A DNA stretch of 23,417 nucleotides from a bacterium (GTDB taxonomy: Bacteria; SZUA-182; DTGQ01; JAFGSM01): the NCBI GenBank assembly GCA_049472315.1, contig JBLIRN010000044.1, positions 1 to 23,417 of the forward strand, given 5' to 3'. A program made the translations under genes and the position numbers. Under the pieces are notes generated by a model, which made no database searches, was not told where the DNA came from, and was given only the letters and a program-made list of their open reading frames with translations. Below are positions 1 to 8,552 of the stretch, piece after piece (position 1 is the first letter of the stretch; every line of letters begins with the position of its first letter).

Positions 1-405
1 GTGCGCACTGATGTCCAATCCGCCGCCTTTGTAACCGGGGTAACGGAGGATACCGGACGGGTGGCACGGGCGATCGCCTCGGCCCTGTCGGGGATATCCC
101 GGTTCAGCCTTACCGCAGACCTATACGGGACCCTCGATGATCCTCGCATATCTATGCGGTCCGATCTGGATAAGGTGCTCAATAACGCGGTGAAAACACT
201 GGTGGCGGAGCAGGCGGAGAGGGTCAAGCGGGAGCTCGAGTCCGGCATCAAGGCCAGGGTTGACGAATCCATGCACGAACTCAACGCAGCCATGGGCAAC
301 CTGAATGGGATTGATAGCGAGATGCAGACCAGGAACGACATGCTGGAGAAGGTGCTCGGCGACGCAGTAAAACAAAAGGGGGACGGCATAAAGCTCCCGT
401 TTTGA
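1..405 (+). CDS. C-terminal part of a probable TIGR03545/AsmA-like envelope protein (5' end outside window)
   Basis: Open frame from the window edge. A beta-rich segment 'FSLTADLYGTLDDPRISMRSDLDKVL' is followed by a long helical/coiled region ending '...KLPF', which I recall as typical of TIGR03545-family C-termini. Family call is by recall only. Confidence 0.5.
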   Translation: MRTDVQSAAFVTGVTEDTGRVARAIASALSGISRFSLTADLYGTLDDPRISMRSDLDKVLNNAVKTLVAEQAERVKRELESGIKARVDESMHELNAAMGNLNGIDSEMQTRNDMLEKVLGDAVKQKGDGIKLPF

Positions 406-423
406 TTCGCTGAACATCATTAC

Positions 424-530
424 GATCTGTGGCACAAGGGTTACAGGATCTGTGATGCGCGGAGGCTGAGAGATCCGTGAGCCAAAGGTCTAGAGATCTG
501 TCATGTGCGGAGGGTTAGGCATCTGTTATC
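424..530. repeat. Imperfect tandem repeat, units starting GATC(T/C)GT, alternating 23/25 bp (48-bp higher-order period)
   Basis: Units start at 424 gatctgtg, 447 gatctgtg, 472 gatccgtg, 495 gatctgtc and 520 catctgtt. Units 2 and 4 are the most alike (gatctgtgatgcgcggagg vs gatctgtcatgtgcggagg). Confidence 0.75.
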
Positions 531-542
531 CGTGGGCTATAG

Positions 543-650
543 GATTATGTATGGCAAATTGGCTATGCATAAAAAATCGATTATGTATAGCACATTGGTT
601 ATGCATGGCAAGTTGGTTATGCATAAAAAATGGATTATGCATAGCACATT
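543..650. repeat. Six 18-bp tandem units arranged as 2 x 54 bp, core TATG(C/T)AT
   Basis: gattatgtatggcaaatt / ggctatgcataaaaaatc / gattatgtatagcacatt / ggttatgcatggcaagtt / ggttatgcataaaaaatg / gattatgcatagcacatt. Confidence 0.9.
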
Positions 651-683
651 GATATTGTTAATTTGGTTTCAGGGGGAGGGAGT

Positions 684-1781
684 ATGAGAGGAATGCTCGT
701 ATTGGAGGATGGCAGTCATTTCGAGGGGATATCCATCGGCGCTGAAGGGGAGCGGGTGGGGGAGGTGGTGCTGAACACCGCTGTGGTGGGCTACCAGGAG
801 ATCATGACCGACCCGGCGAATGCCGGGAAACTCCTCGTGTTGACCTATCCCCTGATCGGGAACTACGGCATCGCGAAAAAATTCTTCGATTCCCGCCGGT
901 CGTGGATCGAGGGGGTGGTGATCCGGGAGGAGAGCAGGATCATCTCCAACTGGCAGGCGGAGGCCCCCCTGTCCGATTTTCTCACGCGGGAATCCATGGT
1001 TTGCCTGACAGAGGTGGATACCCGGACCATTGCCGTGGCCGTCAGGGACAGCGGTGAGATGCTGGGGATCGTGTCGAGCGGCAACGCAACCCCCAAAGAG
1101 TTGCTCGGCAGGCTGAAGGAACGGAAAAAGAAAAGAGAGAACAGCTACATACAGGAGATCTCGATCGCAGGTATCACGGAGAGTCACCGGAACCCCTCGG
1201 GATTGAAGATCGGCATACTGGACATGGGAATCCTGAACGATTTCATGGAGCAGTTGAAGAGGCTCGGTGCGTCGATCACCCTGATACCATACAATGCCGA
1301 TGCCTACGAGATCATGTCCCTTGATCTTGACGGGCTGATTCTGTCGAACGGCCCGGAAGACGACCGGGCAATCCCCGGCATTGCCGAGACGGTGAAGCAA
1401 CTGGTGGGAAAGATACCGCTCCTGGGCATCTCCCTCGGCCATGAAATAATCGGCCTTGCCCTGGGAGGCACCAGGAAGCGGTTGAAGGTGGGACACCACG
1501 GCGTGAATTATCCGGTCAGGTCTCCGGACTCCTACAAGGGCGAGATAACGGTGCAGAACCATTCATGGGTGCTTGATGAAAAATCGTTGAACACCAAGGA
1601 CGATATCGCCATCACCCGGTACAATGTGAACGACAATACCATCGAGGAGATGGAGTGCAGGAAACGCGCGATCTTAGGGACCCAGTACTACCCGGTGAGC
1701 CCAGGTTTTGACGAGGTGAACGAGGTATTCGTCCGGTTCATGGAGATGATTGATACAAAGGCACCTGATCTCAGGAAATGA
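684..1781 (+). CDS. carA: Carbamoyl-phosphate synthase small subunit homolog, predicted glutaminase-inactive
   Basis: N-terminal LVLEDGS..GEVV.NT..GYQE..TDP, TYPLIGNYG, VDTR, LSNGP, GHHGVNYPV and ITVQNH motifs of CarA. ATG at 684 follows a GGGGAGGGAG RBS. Catalytic motifs read GISLGHE (canonical GICLGHQ) and QYYPV (canonical QxHPE). Confidence 0.93.
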   Translation: MRGMLVLEDGSHFEGISIGAEGERVGEVVLNTAVVGYQEIMTDPANAGKLLVLTYPLIGNYGIAKKFFDSRRSWIEGVVIREESRIISNWQAEAPLSDFLTRESMVCLTEVDTRTIAVAVRDSGEMLGIVSSGNATPKELLGRLKERKKKRENSYIQEISIAGITESHRNPSGLKIGILDMGILNDFMEQLKRLGASITLIPYNADAYEIMSLDLDGLILSNGPEDDRAIPGIAETVKQLVGKIPLLGISLGHEIIGLALGGTRKRLKVGHHGVNYPVRSPDSYKGEITVQNHSWVLDEKSLNTKDDIAITRYNVNDNTIEEMECRKRAILGTQYYPVSPGFDEVNEVFVRFMEMIDTKAPDLRK

Positions 1782-1790
1782 GCGTACATT

Positions 1791-4043
1791 ATGGACCACA
1801 TGCAACTTATCTATGACATCGGCGAATTGAGCGGCATTTTTGCCGAGAGCGCCAGTATCGAGACCGTTCTCCAGAGGATCGTGGTGCTCGTTGCCGAGCA
1901 TGTGCGGGCTGATGTATGTTCCATCTACATCTTTGACGAGGAAGCGGAGGAACTGCTCCTGAAGGCGACCAAGGGATTGCATCCCGATTCCGTCGACCGG
2001 GTCCGGCTCAAGCTCGGAGAGGGTATTGCGGGCTTCGCGCTCCAGGAGGGGAAGCCGATATGTGAACGAAAAGGGAGCACGCATCCGCGGTTCAAATTCT
2101 TCCCCGGTATATTCGAGGAGCGCTACGAGGCCTTCCTGGCGGTTCCCATGCTGCGCGGTATTGCACGAATCGGGGTGCTGGTGGTGCAGCGCGAACAGCC
2201 GAACTGCTTCAAGAAGCAGGATGTCATGCTGCTCAGGACGGTGGCCTCCCAGTTATGCGCCATCATCGAAAATGCGCGGCTTCTTATGCAACTGGAACAA
2301 CGCCGGGAGGAACATGCCGCCCCGGTGGCGCCGAGCGTGCCAAGATTCATAAAGGGAAAGGCAGCATCGGAAGGGTTTGCCTACGCAGAGGGGGCAGTCC
2401 TGGACAATGAGCGCTCCATGGAACAACTGTTCAATAAGGCCATGTCCAAAGGGGCGCATACCCTGTCCGATTTCGACAGGGCCCTTGTACTGAGCGAAAA
2501 ACAACTCGAGGACCTGCAGGAACAGGTGGAGGAAAGGCTCTCTGATGTGGCATCCCTGATCTTTGCAGCCCACCTCATGGTGCTCAAGGACAAGGGATTT
2601 GTGGGAAGGATGAGGACACTCATCGAGCAGGGGATGAATCCGGCCGATGCCATCCGGTCCGTTGCCCAGGAATACATCGGCCTCCTTTCCCAGAGCCCCA
2701 GTCCGTACATCAGGGAGAAGGCGCAGGATGTCCAGGACCTGGTGATACGGATCATGCGCAATCTCCTGTATGAGGCCCAGGACAAAGGGGATCGCAAAGC
2801 GGGCATCGTGGTGGCGAAGGAGCTGTTTCCCTCGGACCTGCTCAAGCTCTCCTCAGAGCAGGTGGAGGGTATCGTGCTGGTGAGCGGGGGGGTGACCTCC
2901 CATCTCTCCATCCTCGCCCGATCGCTCCGGGTGCCCCTGGTGATTGCCGATGTGCCGGAGCTTCTGTCGCTGCCCGAGAACACGAGGCTTCTCCTTGACG
3001 CGGAATTGGGGAACGTCTACGTCGATCCCTCGGATGATGTGGTGGCCCGGTTCAGGGAGCGGAACGAGGCCAGGGAGAAGCTGGTGCAGGAGCAGGGTGC
3101 AGCCGACATCCCCGCCGCTACCGCCGACGGGACCAGGGTGCGACTTATGGCCAACATCAACCTGCTCACCGATCTCACCCTGGCCCGGGACGTGGGCGCC
3201 GACGGGATCGGCCTGTACCGCACGGAGTTTCCCTTTCTTATACGAAGCACGTTTCCCACGGAAGAGGAGCAATTCATCGTATACCGGAAACTCATCGAGG
3301 GCATGAAGGACAAGGAGATCACCCTCAGGACCCTCGATATAGGCGGGGACAAGGTCCTCTCCTATTTCCATGTGGAAAGGGAGCAGAATCCATTTCTGGG
3401 CATGCGCTCCATCCGGTTTTCCCTCCACAACCAGGAGATCTTCACGCAGCAGATCCGGGCCATGCTGCGCGCCGGGGCAGGCGCCTCCATACGGATCATG
3501 TTTCCCATGATCTCCTCAGTGGACGAGTTCAGGCAGGCACGGGAAATCCTTGCCGGGTGCATCGAGGAACTGGAACAGGAGGGGCTGGAACACAATGCGA
3601 ACCCCAAGGTCGGCATGATGGTGGAGATACCCTCGGTGGTGGACATCATCGATGAACTTGCACGGGAGGCGGATTTTTTCTCCATCGGCACCAACGATTT
3701 CATCCAATATCTGCTCGCTGTGGACCGCACCAACGAGAAGGTTGCCTCGTTGTACCTTCCCCACCATCCCTCGGTGCTGCGATCGCTGAAAAGGGTGGCC
3801 GATGCGGCAACACAATGCGGTATCGAGGCCTCCGTGTGCGGGGATATGGCGCAGCAGGAACGGTACGTCCCCTTTCTGCTGGGCATCGGGATACGGACAC
3901 TCAGCGTGGACCCCGTATATTGTGCCCGGATCAAGAGGCGGATTGCCGGCATACATCTTTCCGAGGCGGAGGGACTCGCCCAAACCCTTCTTGAACAGAC
4001 AACGGTGCAGGCGATCGAGCGCATCCTGCCGGAAACGGATTGA
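1791..4043 (+). CDS. ptsP: GAF-domain phosphoenolpyruvate-protein phosphotransferase (enzyme I-Ntr type)
   Basis: N-terminal GAF (ADVCSIY..LLLKATKGL..GEGIAG..FLAVPM..GVLVVQ), phospho-His motif GGVTSHLSILAR, GLYRTEF, RTLDIGGDK, NPFLGMR, MVEIPS, SIGTND, VCGDMA. Confidence 0.95.
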   Translation: MDHMQLIYDIGELSGIFAESASIETVLQRIVVLVAEHVRADVCSIYIFDEEAEELLLKATKGLHPDSVDRVRLKLGEGIAGFALQEGKPICERKGSTHPRFKFFPGIFEERYEAFLAVPMLRGIARIGVLVVQREQPNCFKKQDVMLLRTVASQLCAIIENARLLMQLEQRREEHAAPVAPSVPRFIKGKAASEGFAYAEGAVLDNERSMEQLFNKAMSKGAHTLSDFDRALVLSEKQLEDLQEQVEERLSDVASLIFAAHLMVLKDKGFVGRMRTLIEQGMNPADAIRSVAQEYIGLLSQSPSPYIREKAQDVQDLVIRIMRNLLYEAQDKGDRKAGIVVAKELFPSDLLKLSSEQVEGIVLVSGGVTSHLSILARSLRVPLVIADVPELLSLPENTRLLLDAELGNVYVDPSDDVVARFRERNEAREKLVQEQGAADIPAATADGTRVRLMANINLLTDLTLARDVGADGIGLYRTEFPFLIRSTFPTEEEQFIVYRKLIEGMKDKEITLRTLDIGGDKVLSYFHVEREQNPFLGMRSIRFSLHNQEIFTQQIRAMLRAGAGASIRIMFPMISSVDEFRQAREILAGCIEELEQEGLEHNANPKVGMMVEIPSVVDIIDELAREADFFSIGTNDFIQYLLAVDRTNEKVASLYLPHHPSVLRSLKRVADAATQCGIEASVCGDMAQQERYVPFLLGIGIRTLSVDPVYCARIKRRIAGIHLSEAEGLAQTLLEQTTVQAIERILPETD

Positions 4044-4141
4044 ATGATTTGATAAAAATACACATGGAGCATTGATGAGCCTTCGGCTCGAAAGAAGCAT
4101 GAACATGGCCCATAGAGATTCTCAGGTGAAAGGAACAGGGA

Positions 4142-7100
4142 ATGCCAAAACGGAATGACATCAAACGCATACTTATGATCGGTTCGGGTCCCATCGTTAT
4201 CGGACAGGCGTGTGAATTCGACTATTCGGGGTCACAGGCATGCAAGGCGTTGCGGGAGGAGGGATACCACACCATCCTGGTGAACAGCAACCCCGCCACC
4301 ATCATGACCGACCCGGGGATGGCCGATGCCACCTACATCGAGCCCCTCACCGTGGAGGCGGTGACTGAGATCATCGCAAAGGAGCGGCCCGATGCCATAC
4401 TGCCCACGCTGGGCGGTCAGACTGGGCTGAATCTCGCCTTTTTCCTCATGAAGGAGGGAATCCTGGACCGGTACGGCGTCGAATCGATCGGTGCGAATGT
4501 GGATGCCATAGCCCGGGCCGAGGACAGGGACCTGTTCAAGAAGGCCATGCAGGAGATCGGGGTGGATACCCCGAAAAGCGGGATTGCCACCAGTATCGAG
4601 GAGGGGATGCGGATCGGCCTGGACATCGGCTTCCCCCTCATCCTGAGGCCCGCCTACTGCCTCGGGGGAAGCGGCGGGTCCACCGCTTACAACCGGGAGG
4701 AACTCGAGGAGTCCCTGGCAAAGGGGCTGGAGATAAGCCCGGTGAAGCAGGTGCTGGTGGAGCAGTCCGTGCTGGGGTGGAAGGAGATCGAGTTCGAGGT
4801 GATGAGGGATTGCGTGGACAATGTGATCATGATCACCTCCATGGAAAATGTGGATCCCATGGGTGTCCACACCGGGGACAGCATCGTGGTTGCTCCCTCC
4901 CAGAGCCTCACCCGCGAGGAGTATGGGCAGTTCGTGAACCTTTCCAAACGGATCATTCGGAAGATCGGGATCACCGGGGGCGGCGCCAACATCCAGTTCG
5001 CCCAGAATCCGGAGAACGGGCACATCGTCATCATCGAGGTCAATCCGAGGCTCTCCAGAAGCTCCGCACTCGCATCCAAGGCCACCGGTTTCCCCATCGC
5101 ACGGGTGGCCACGAAGCTCGCGGTAGGCCTCACCCTGCCCGAGGTGCAGAACGAGATCACCGGGAAGACCACGTCGTTCTTCGAGCCCACCGTGGATTAC
5201 TGCGTGTTCAAGATCTGCAGGTTCACCTTTGAGAAGTTTCCCAAGGCGCAGAGGGTCCTGAACACCTCGATGAAGGCGGTCGGGGAGGCCATGTCCATAG
5301 GCAGGAACTTCAAGGAGGCCCTGCAGAAGGGGATCCGGTCCACGGAGACCGGGCGGTTCGGCCTGGGCGCGGACGGAAAGGACAAGATCACCGACGAGAT
5401 GCTGCGCTCGCCCTCCGCAGACCTGGTCGAACAGATAAAACAGAAGATACGCATCCCCACGGACGAGCGGCTCTTCTACATACGGTACGGATTGAAACTT
5501 GGGCTCAGCGTGGATGAGATCTACGATCTTTCGCGGATCGACCGGTGGTTCATCGACAATATGAAGCAGATCGTGGAGCTTGAGGAGGAGATCGGCCGGT
5601 TCAGGGCAAATGACGCAAAGTCCCCCATGAATGTGCCACAGGACCTGGTGCAAAAGGCAAAGAGATGGGGGTTTTCGGATGTGCAGCTCGCCTTTATCCT
5701 CAACACCACCGAGAAAAAGGTGCGCTCCCTACGCAGGAGGCACGGGATAACCGCGGTCTACAAGCTGGTGGACACCTGCGCCGGGGAATTCACCGCCCGG
5801 CAGCCCTACTTCTATTCCACCTATGAGACCATGAACGAGAGCACGGTGTCGCAGGGCACCAAGGTCTGCATCCTCGGGGGCGGCCCCAACCGGATCGGCC
5901 AGGGGATCGAATTCGACTATTGCTGCTGCCACGCATCCTACGCCCTGAAGGAGGAGGGTATCGAGAGCATCATGGTGAACTGCAATCCGGAGACGGTGTC
6001 CACCGACTACGATACCTCGAACAAACTCTACTTCGAGCCCCTGACCGTGGAGGATGTGCTCAGCATCGTGGATCTGGAGCGGCCCATGGGGGTGATCGTG
6101 CAATTTGGCGGGCAGACCCCCCTCAACATCTCCGTGCCCCTGGAGCGGGCCGGGGTGACGATCCTGGGCACGAGCCCCGATTCCATCGACCGGGCCGAGG
6201 ACCGGAAGCGCTTTCAGCAGATGATCAAGAAGCTGCGCCTGGTTCAGCCCGACAATGCCACCGCCACCTCCTTTGAAGGGGCAAAGCGGGCGGCGAACAA
6301 GATCGGGTATCCGGTGGTGGTACGCCCCTCGTATGTGCTCGGGGGCAGGGCCATGGAGATCGTATACACGGACGAGGATCTTGCAGGGTTCATGGAGAAG
6401 GCCGTGGAGGCCTCTCCCGAGCACCCCATCCTCATCGACAAGTTTCTGGAGGATGCCCTGGAGGTGGATGTGGATGCCATCTCGGACGGCGAGCAGTGCG
6501 TGATCGGGGGGATCATGGAGCACATCGAGGAGGCGGGCATCCACTCCGGGGACAGCGCCATGGTGCTCCCGCCCTACAGCCTGAGCAGGGATCTGATCAG
6601 CGTGATCAAGGAGAATACCTACGCCATGGCAAAGGAACTGAACATAAAGGGGCTTTTGAACATCCAGTACGCGGTCAAGAACAACGTGGTGTACGTGCTG
6701 GAGGTCAATCCCCGCGCGAGCCGGACGGTCCCCTTCGTGAGCAAGGCCATCGGCGTGCCCCTGGCCAAGCTTGCCACAAAGATCATGCTGGGGAAGACCC
6801 TCAAGGAACTGGGATTCACTGCGGAGAAGGAGATACCCTTTTTTGCGGTGAAGGAGTCCGTGTTTCCGTTCATCAAGTTTCCGGGGGTCGATGCGATCCT
6901 GGGACCGGAGATGCGCTCCACCGGTGAGGTCATGGGGATCGATACGACCTTCGGCAACGCCTATGCGAAGAGCCAGATTGCCGCAGGCCAGCGTCTGCCC
7001 ACCAAGGGGACCGTCTTCATCAGCGTGAAGAACCAGGACAAGCGGTCCGTTGTGTTCATCGCCAAGAAGCTCGCCGACCTGGGCTTCAAGATCCTGGCAA

Positions 7101-7411
7101 CCTCGGGCACCGCGGATATACTCACCAGGAACGACCTGGAGGTGGAGACCATCCCCAGGCTCTACGAGGGCAGGCCGAACATCATCGACTATATCAAGGA
7201 CGACAAGGTGGACCTCATCATCAACACCCCATCCGGCAAGGCTACCAAGGAGGACGAAACCAGGATCAGGTCCCACGCCATCCTCTACAGCGTCCCCCTC
7301 ATCACCACCATTGCCGGGGCAGAGGCATCGGTGAACGGCATCGAGAACATCATCAGGAAGCCGAAGTTCTCCGTGAAGTCGATTCAGGAATACCATAAAG
7401 AGGTGAAGTAG
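4142..7411 (+). CDS. carB: Carbamoyl-phosphate synthase large subunit
   Basis: [61 protein letters not shown]; second half [28 protein letters not shown]-terminal MGS domain; AAGGA RBS. Confidence 0.98.
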   Translation: MPKRNDIKRILMIGSGPIVIGQACEFDYSGSQACKALREEGYHTILVNSNPATIMTDPGMADATYIEPLTVEAVTEIIAKERPDAILPTLGGQTGLNLAFFLMKEGILDRYGVESIGANVDAIARAEDRDLFKKAMQEIGVDTPKSGIATSIEEGMRIGLDIGFPLILRPAYCLGGSGGSTAYNREELEESLAKGLEISPVKQVLVEQSVLGWKEIEFEVMRDCVDNVIMITSMENVDPMGVHTGDSIVVAPSQSLTREEYGQFVNLSKRIIRKIGITGGGANIQFAQNPENGHIVIIEVNPRLSRSSALASKATGFPIARVATKLAVGLTLPEVQNEITGKTTSFFEPTVDYCVFKICRFTFEKFPKAQRVLNTSMKAVGEAMSIGRNFKEALQKGIRSTETGRFGLGADGKDKITDEMLRSPSADLVEQIKQKIRIPTDERLFYIRYGLKLGLSVDEIYDLSRIDRWFIDNMKQIVELEEEIGRFRANDAKSPMNVPQDLVQKAKRWGFSDVQLAFILNTTEKKVRSLRRRHGITAVYKLVDTCAGEFTARQPYFYSTYETMNESTVSQGTKVCILGGGPNRIGQGIEFDYCCCHASYALKEEGIESIMVNCNPETVSTDYDTSNKLYFEPLTVEDVLSIVDLERPMGVIVQFGGQTPLNISVPLERAGVTILGTSPDSIDRAEDRKRFQQMIKKLRLVQPDNATATSFEGAKRAANKIGYPVVVRPSYVLGGRAMEIVYTDEDLAGFMEKAVEASPEHPILIDKFLEDALEVDVDAISDGEQCVIGGIMEHIEEAGIHSGDSAMVLPPYSLSRDLISVIKENTYAMAKELNIKGLLNIQYAVKNNVVYVLEVNPRASRTVPFVSKAIGVPLAKLATKIMLGKTLKELGFTAEKEIPFFAVKESVFPFIKFPGVDAILGPEMRSTGEVMGIDTTFGNAYAKSQIAAGQRLPTKGTVFISVKNQDKRSVVFIAKKLADLGFKILATSGTADILTRNDLEVETIPRLYEGRPNIIDYIKDDKVDLIINTPSGKATKEDETRIRSHAILYSVPLITTIAGAEASVNGIENIIRKPKFSVKSIQEYHKEVK

Positions 7412-7493
7412 TTCCGCCGCCGAAAGGCCCGGTCTTGCCTTCTTGTTTCTTGGGATGTTGCCCTTTTACTTTTCAGATGGATTTTTCTGATTA

Positions 7494-7538
7494 TAGACAT
7501 GATAATATAGGCGATATAATCTTATTAAGAGTATTATA
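7494..7538 (+). promoter_or_regulatory. Possible sigma70 promoter/operator of the toxin-antitoxin operon
   Basis: TAGACA (7494-7499) then TATAAT (7515-7520), with a short 15-bp spacing. Imperfect inverted repeat TATAAT-CTTA-T-TAAG-AGT-ATTATA (7515-7538) overlaps the -10, as expected for RHH autoregulation. Confidence 0.35.
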
Positions 7539-7553
7539 AAAAACGAGGATAAA

Positions 7554-7786
7554 ATGACAACGAAACGGAAATTAAGCATAACGATAGATGAAGAGATATA
7601 TCAGGCTCTTGACGCAACCTCAATTCCTACAAAATTAATAAAAGTCAGTTGGCACAAAAGGCCTTCAAATTGTGGCTCAAGAAGGAAATAGAAAAAAAGA
7701 TGTCTAAGGGGTATGAAGAGATGAAGGATGAGGACAAGGCATTTGCAGATATCGCTTTTGAGGCTCAGCGGGAGATACTATCATGA
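7554..7786 (+). pseudogene. Ribbon-helix-helix antitoxin (EndoAI/MazE-like), frameshifted by a 1-nt deletion near 7620-7627
   Basis: GAGGA RBS and ATG 7554 give MTTKRKLSITIDEEIYQALDATS. The -1 frame continues YKINKSQLAQKAFKLWLKKEIEKKMSKGYEEMKDEDKAFADIAFEAQREILS* and its TGA overlaps the toxin ATG (ATGA 7783-7786). Span is 233 nt, one short of 78 codons. The unshifted frame stops at 7689-7691. Confidence 0.85.
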
Positions 7787-8127
7787 GCGATTTTCCCAAA
7801 CGTGGTGAAGTATGGCTCGTTAACTGGAACGCTTCGCGTGGGAGTGAACAGGCAGGCAAGAGACCTGCGTTGGTAATTCAGAATGACATCGGTAATGAAA
7901 AGGCGCCAACAACTATTGTAGCTGCGATATCCTCCAAGGTAAAAATCTATCCTATGAATGTTTTGGTTGAACCACCTGAAAGAGGATTGGACTGCCCTTC
8001 CGTAGTAAAAACGAGTCAAATTCTTACTATTGCCAAGGAAAGGCTGGAAACGCGCCTTGGTCAACTGAGTTTCTCAGTGATGAAAGATATGGACCAGGCT
8101 ATCAAGTTGAGCCTATCCCTATTTTGA
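7783..8127 (+). CDS. mazF: Type II toxin, PemK/MazF family endoribonuclease
   Basis: KRGEVWLV..GSEQAGKRPALVIQNDIGN..TTIVAAIS..SQILTIAKERL..LG.L....M..MDQAIKLSL. Confidence 0.93.
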   Translation: MSDFPKRGEVWLVNWNASRGSEQAGKRPALVIQNDIGNEKAPTTIVAAISSKVKIYPMNVLVEPPERGLDCPSVVKTSQILTIAKERLETRLGQLSFSVMKDMDQAIKLSLSLF

Positions 8128-8166
8128 AGTGATCATTGAGCCCCTTGAGGCTCTTTCCCCTTGTCA

Positions 8167-8330
8167 TCCCTTCAGATCCTCGCCCTGCGGTACTGGATAT
8201 AGGCATCCCGGACGGAGAAGTGGTGATCGATGGCGGCCTCCCTTTAAGAGCCGCAGCCGTGCACGCCGGGCATCGCAGATCAATTTTAAATTCAAAAGGG
8301 AAAATGTGGGACCATTTACGTCTATTATAA
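8167..8330. repeat. 164-bp direct repeat, copy A; its left ~72 bp is a copy of the mlaA 3' end
   Basis: Aligns without gaps to 10375-10538: first 96 bp identical, about 8 mismatches in the rest (hand count). 8170-8241 matches mlaA 15493-15564 at about 63/72. Confidence 0.95.
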
Positions 8331-8398
8331 GTGAACATACCTTATAAGAATTACATATTAAATTTTTCGATAATCTATATATAAAATGGTGCCTTAAA

Positions 8399-8414
8399 TG
8401 GAACAAATATTGCT
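8399..8414 (+). promoter_or_regulatory. Putative sigma54 (-24/-12) promoter of the first propeller gene
   Basis: TGGAACAAATATTGCT = GG-N10-GC, close to consensus TGGCAC-N5-TTGC(A/T). An equivalent site is retained upstream of the paralog. Confidence 0.65.
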
Positions 8415-8552
8415 TTATAACAAGTTATTCAAATAGAGTTATAACTGTCAGAAAGATAAAAGGTCCAAACAGTAACGCTTTTAACATTATTCTCCAAATA
8501 CTTAGATAAGAACTCAGTAGCGTATGGCCTTGAAATTATAGGGTGGCTGTCC

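Noticed and set aside
424..650. Repeat arrays as CRISPR or replication origin
   Set aside because: Units are 18-25 bp, contiguous and degenerate with no unique spacers. No cas genes, no good TTATCCACA DnaA boxes and no dnaA/rep gene nearby.
4232..7396. Long antisense ORFs opposite carB (also those opposite carA, ptsP, mlaF, mlaE, the radical SAM gene and patatin)
   Set aside because: Shadow frames produced by high GC3 codon bias on the strand opposite well-conserved genes. No recognisable motifs.
7414..7452. Intrinsic terminator after carB (GCC-GAAA-GGC hairpin followed by a T-rich tract)
   Set aside because: Stem is short and imperfect and the U-tract is interrupted. Too weak to call.
7610..7650. 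Programmed -1 ribosomal frameshift in the antitoxin
   Set aside because: No canonical X XXY YYZ slippery heptamer or downstream structure at the required position. A deletion or sequencing error is simpler.
8102..8406. Small ORFs over repeat copy A (and 10325-10570 over copy B)
   Set aside because: They are off-frame readings of the duplicated mlaA fragment and arm, with starts and stops not conserved between the copies.
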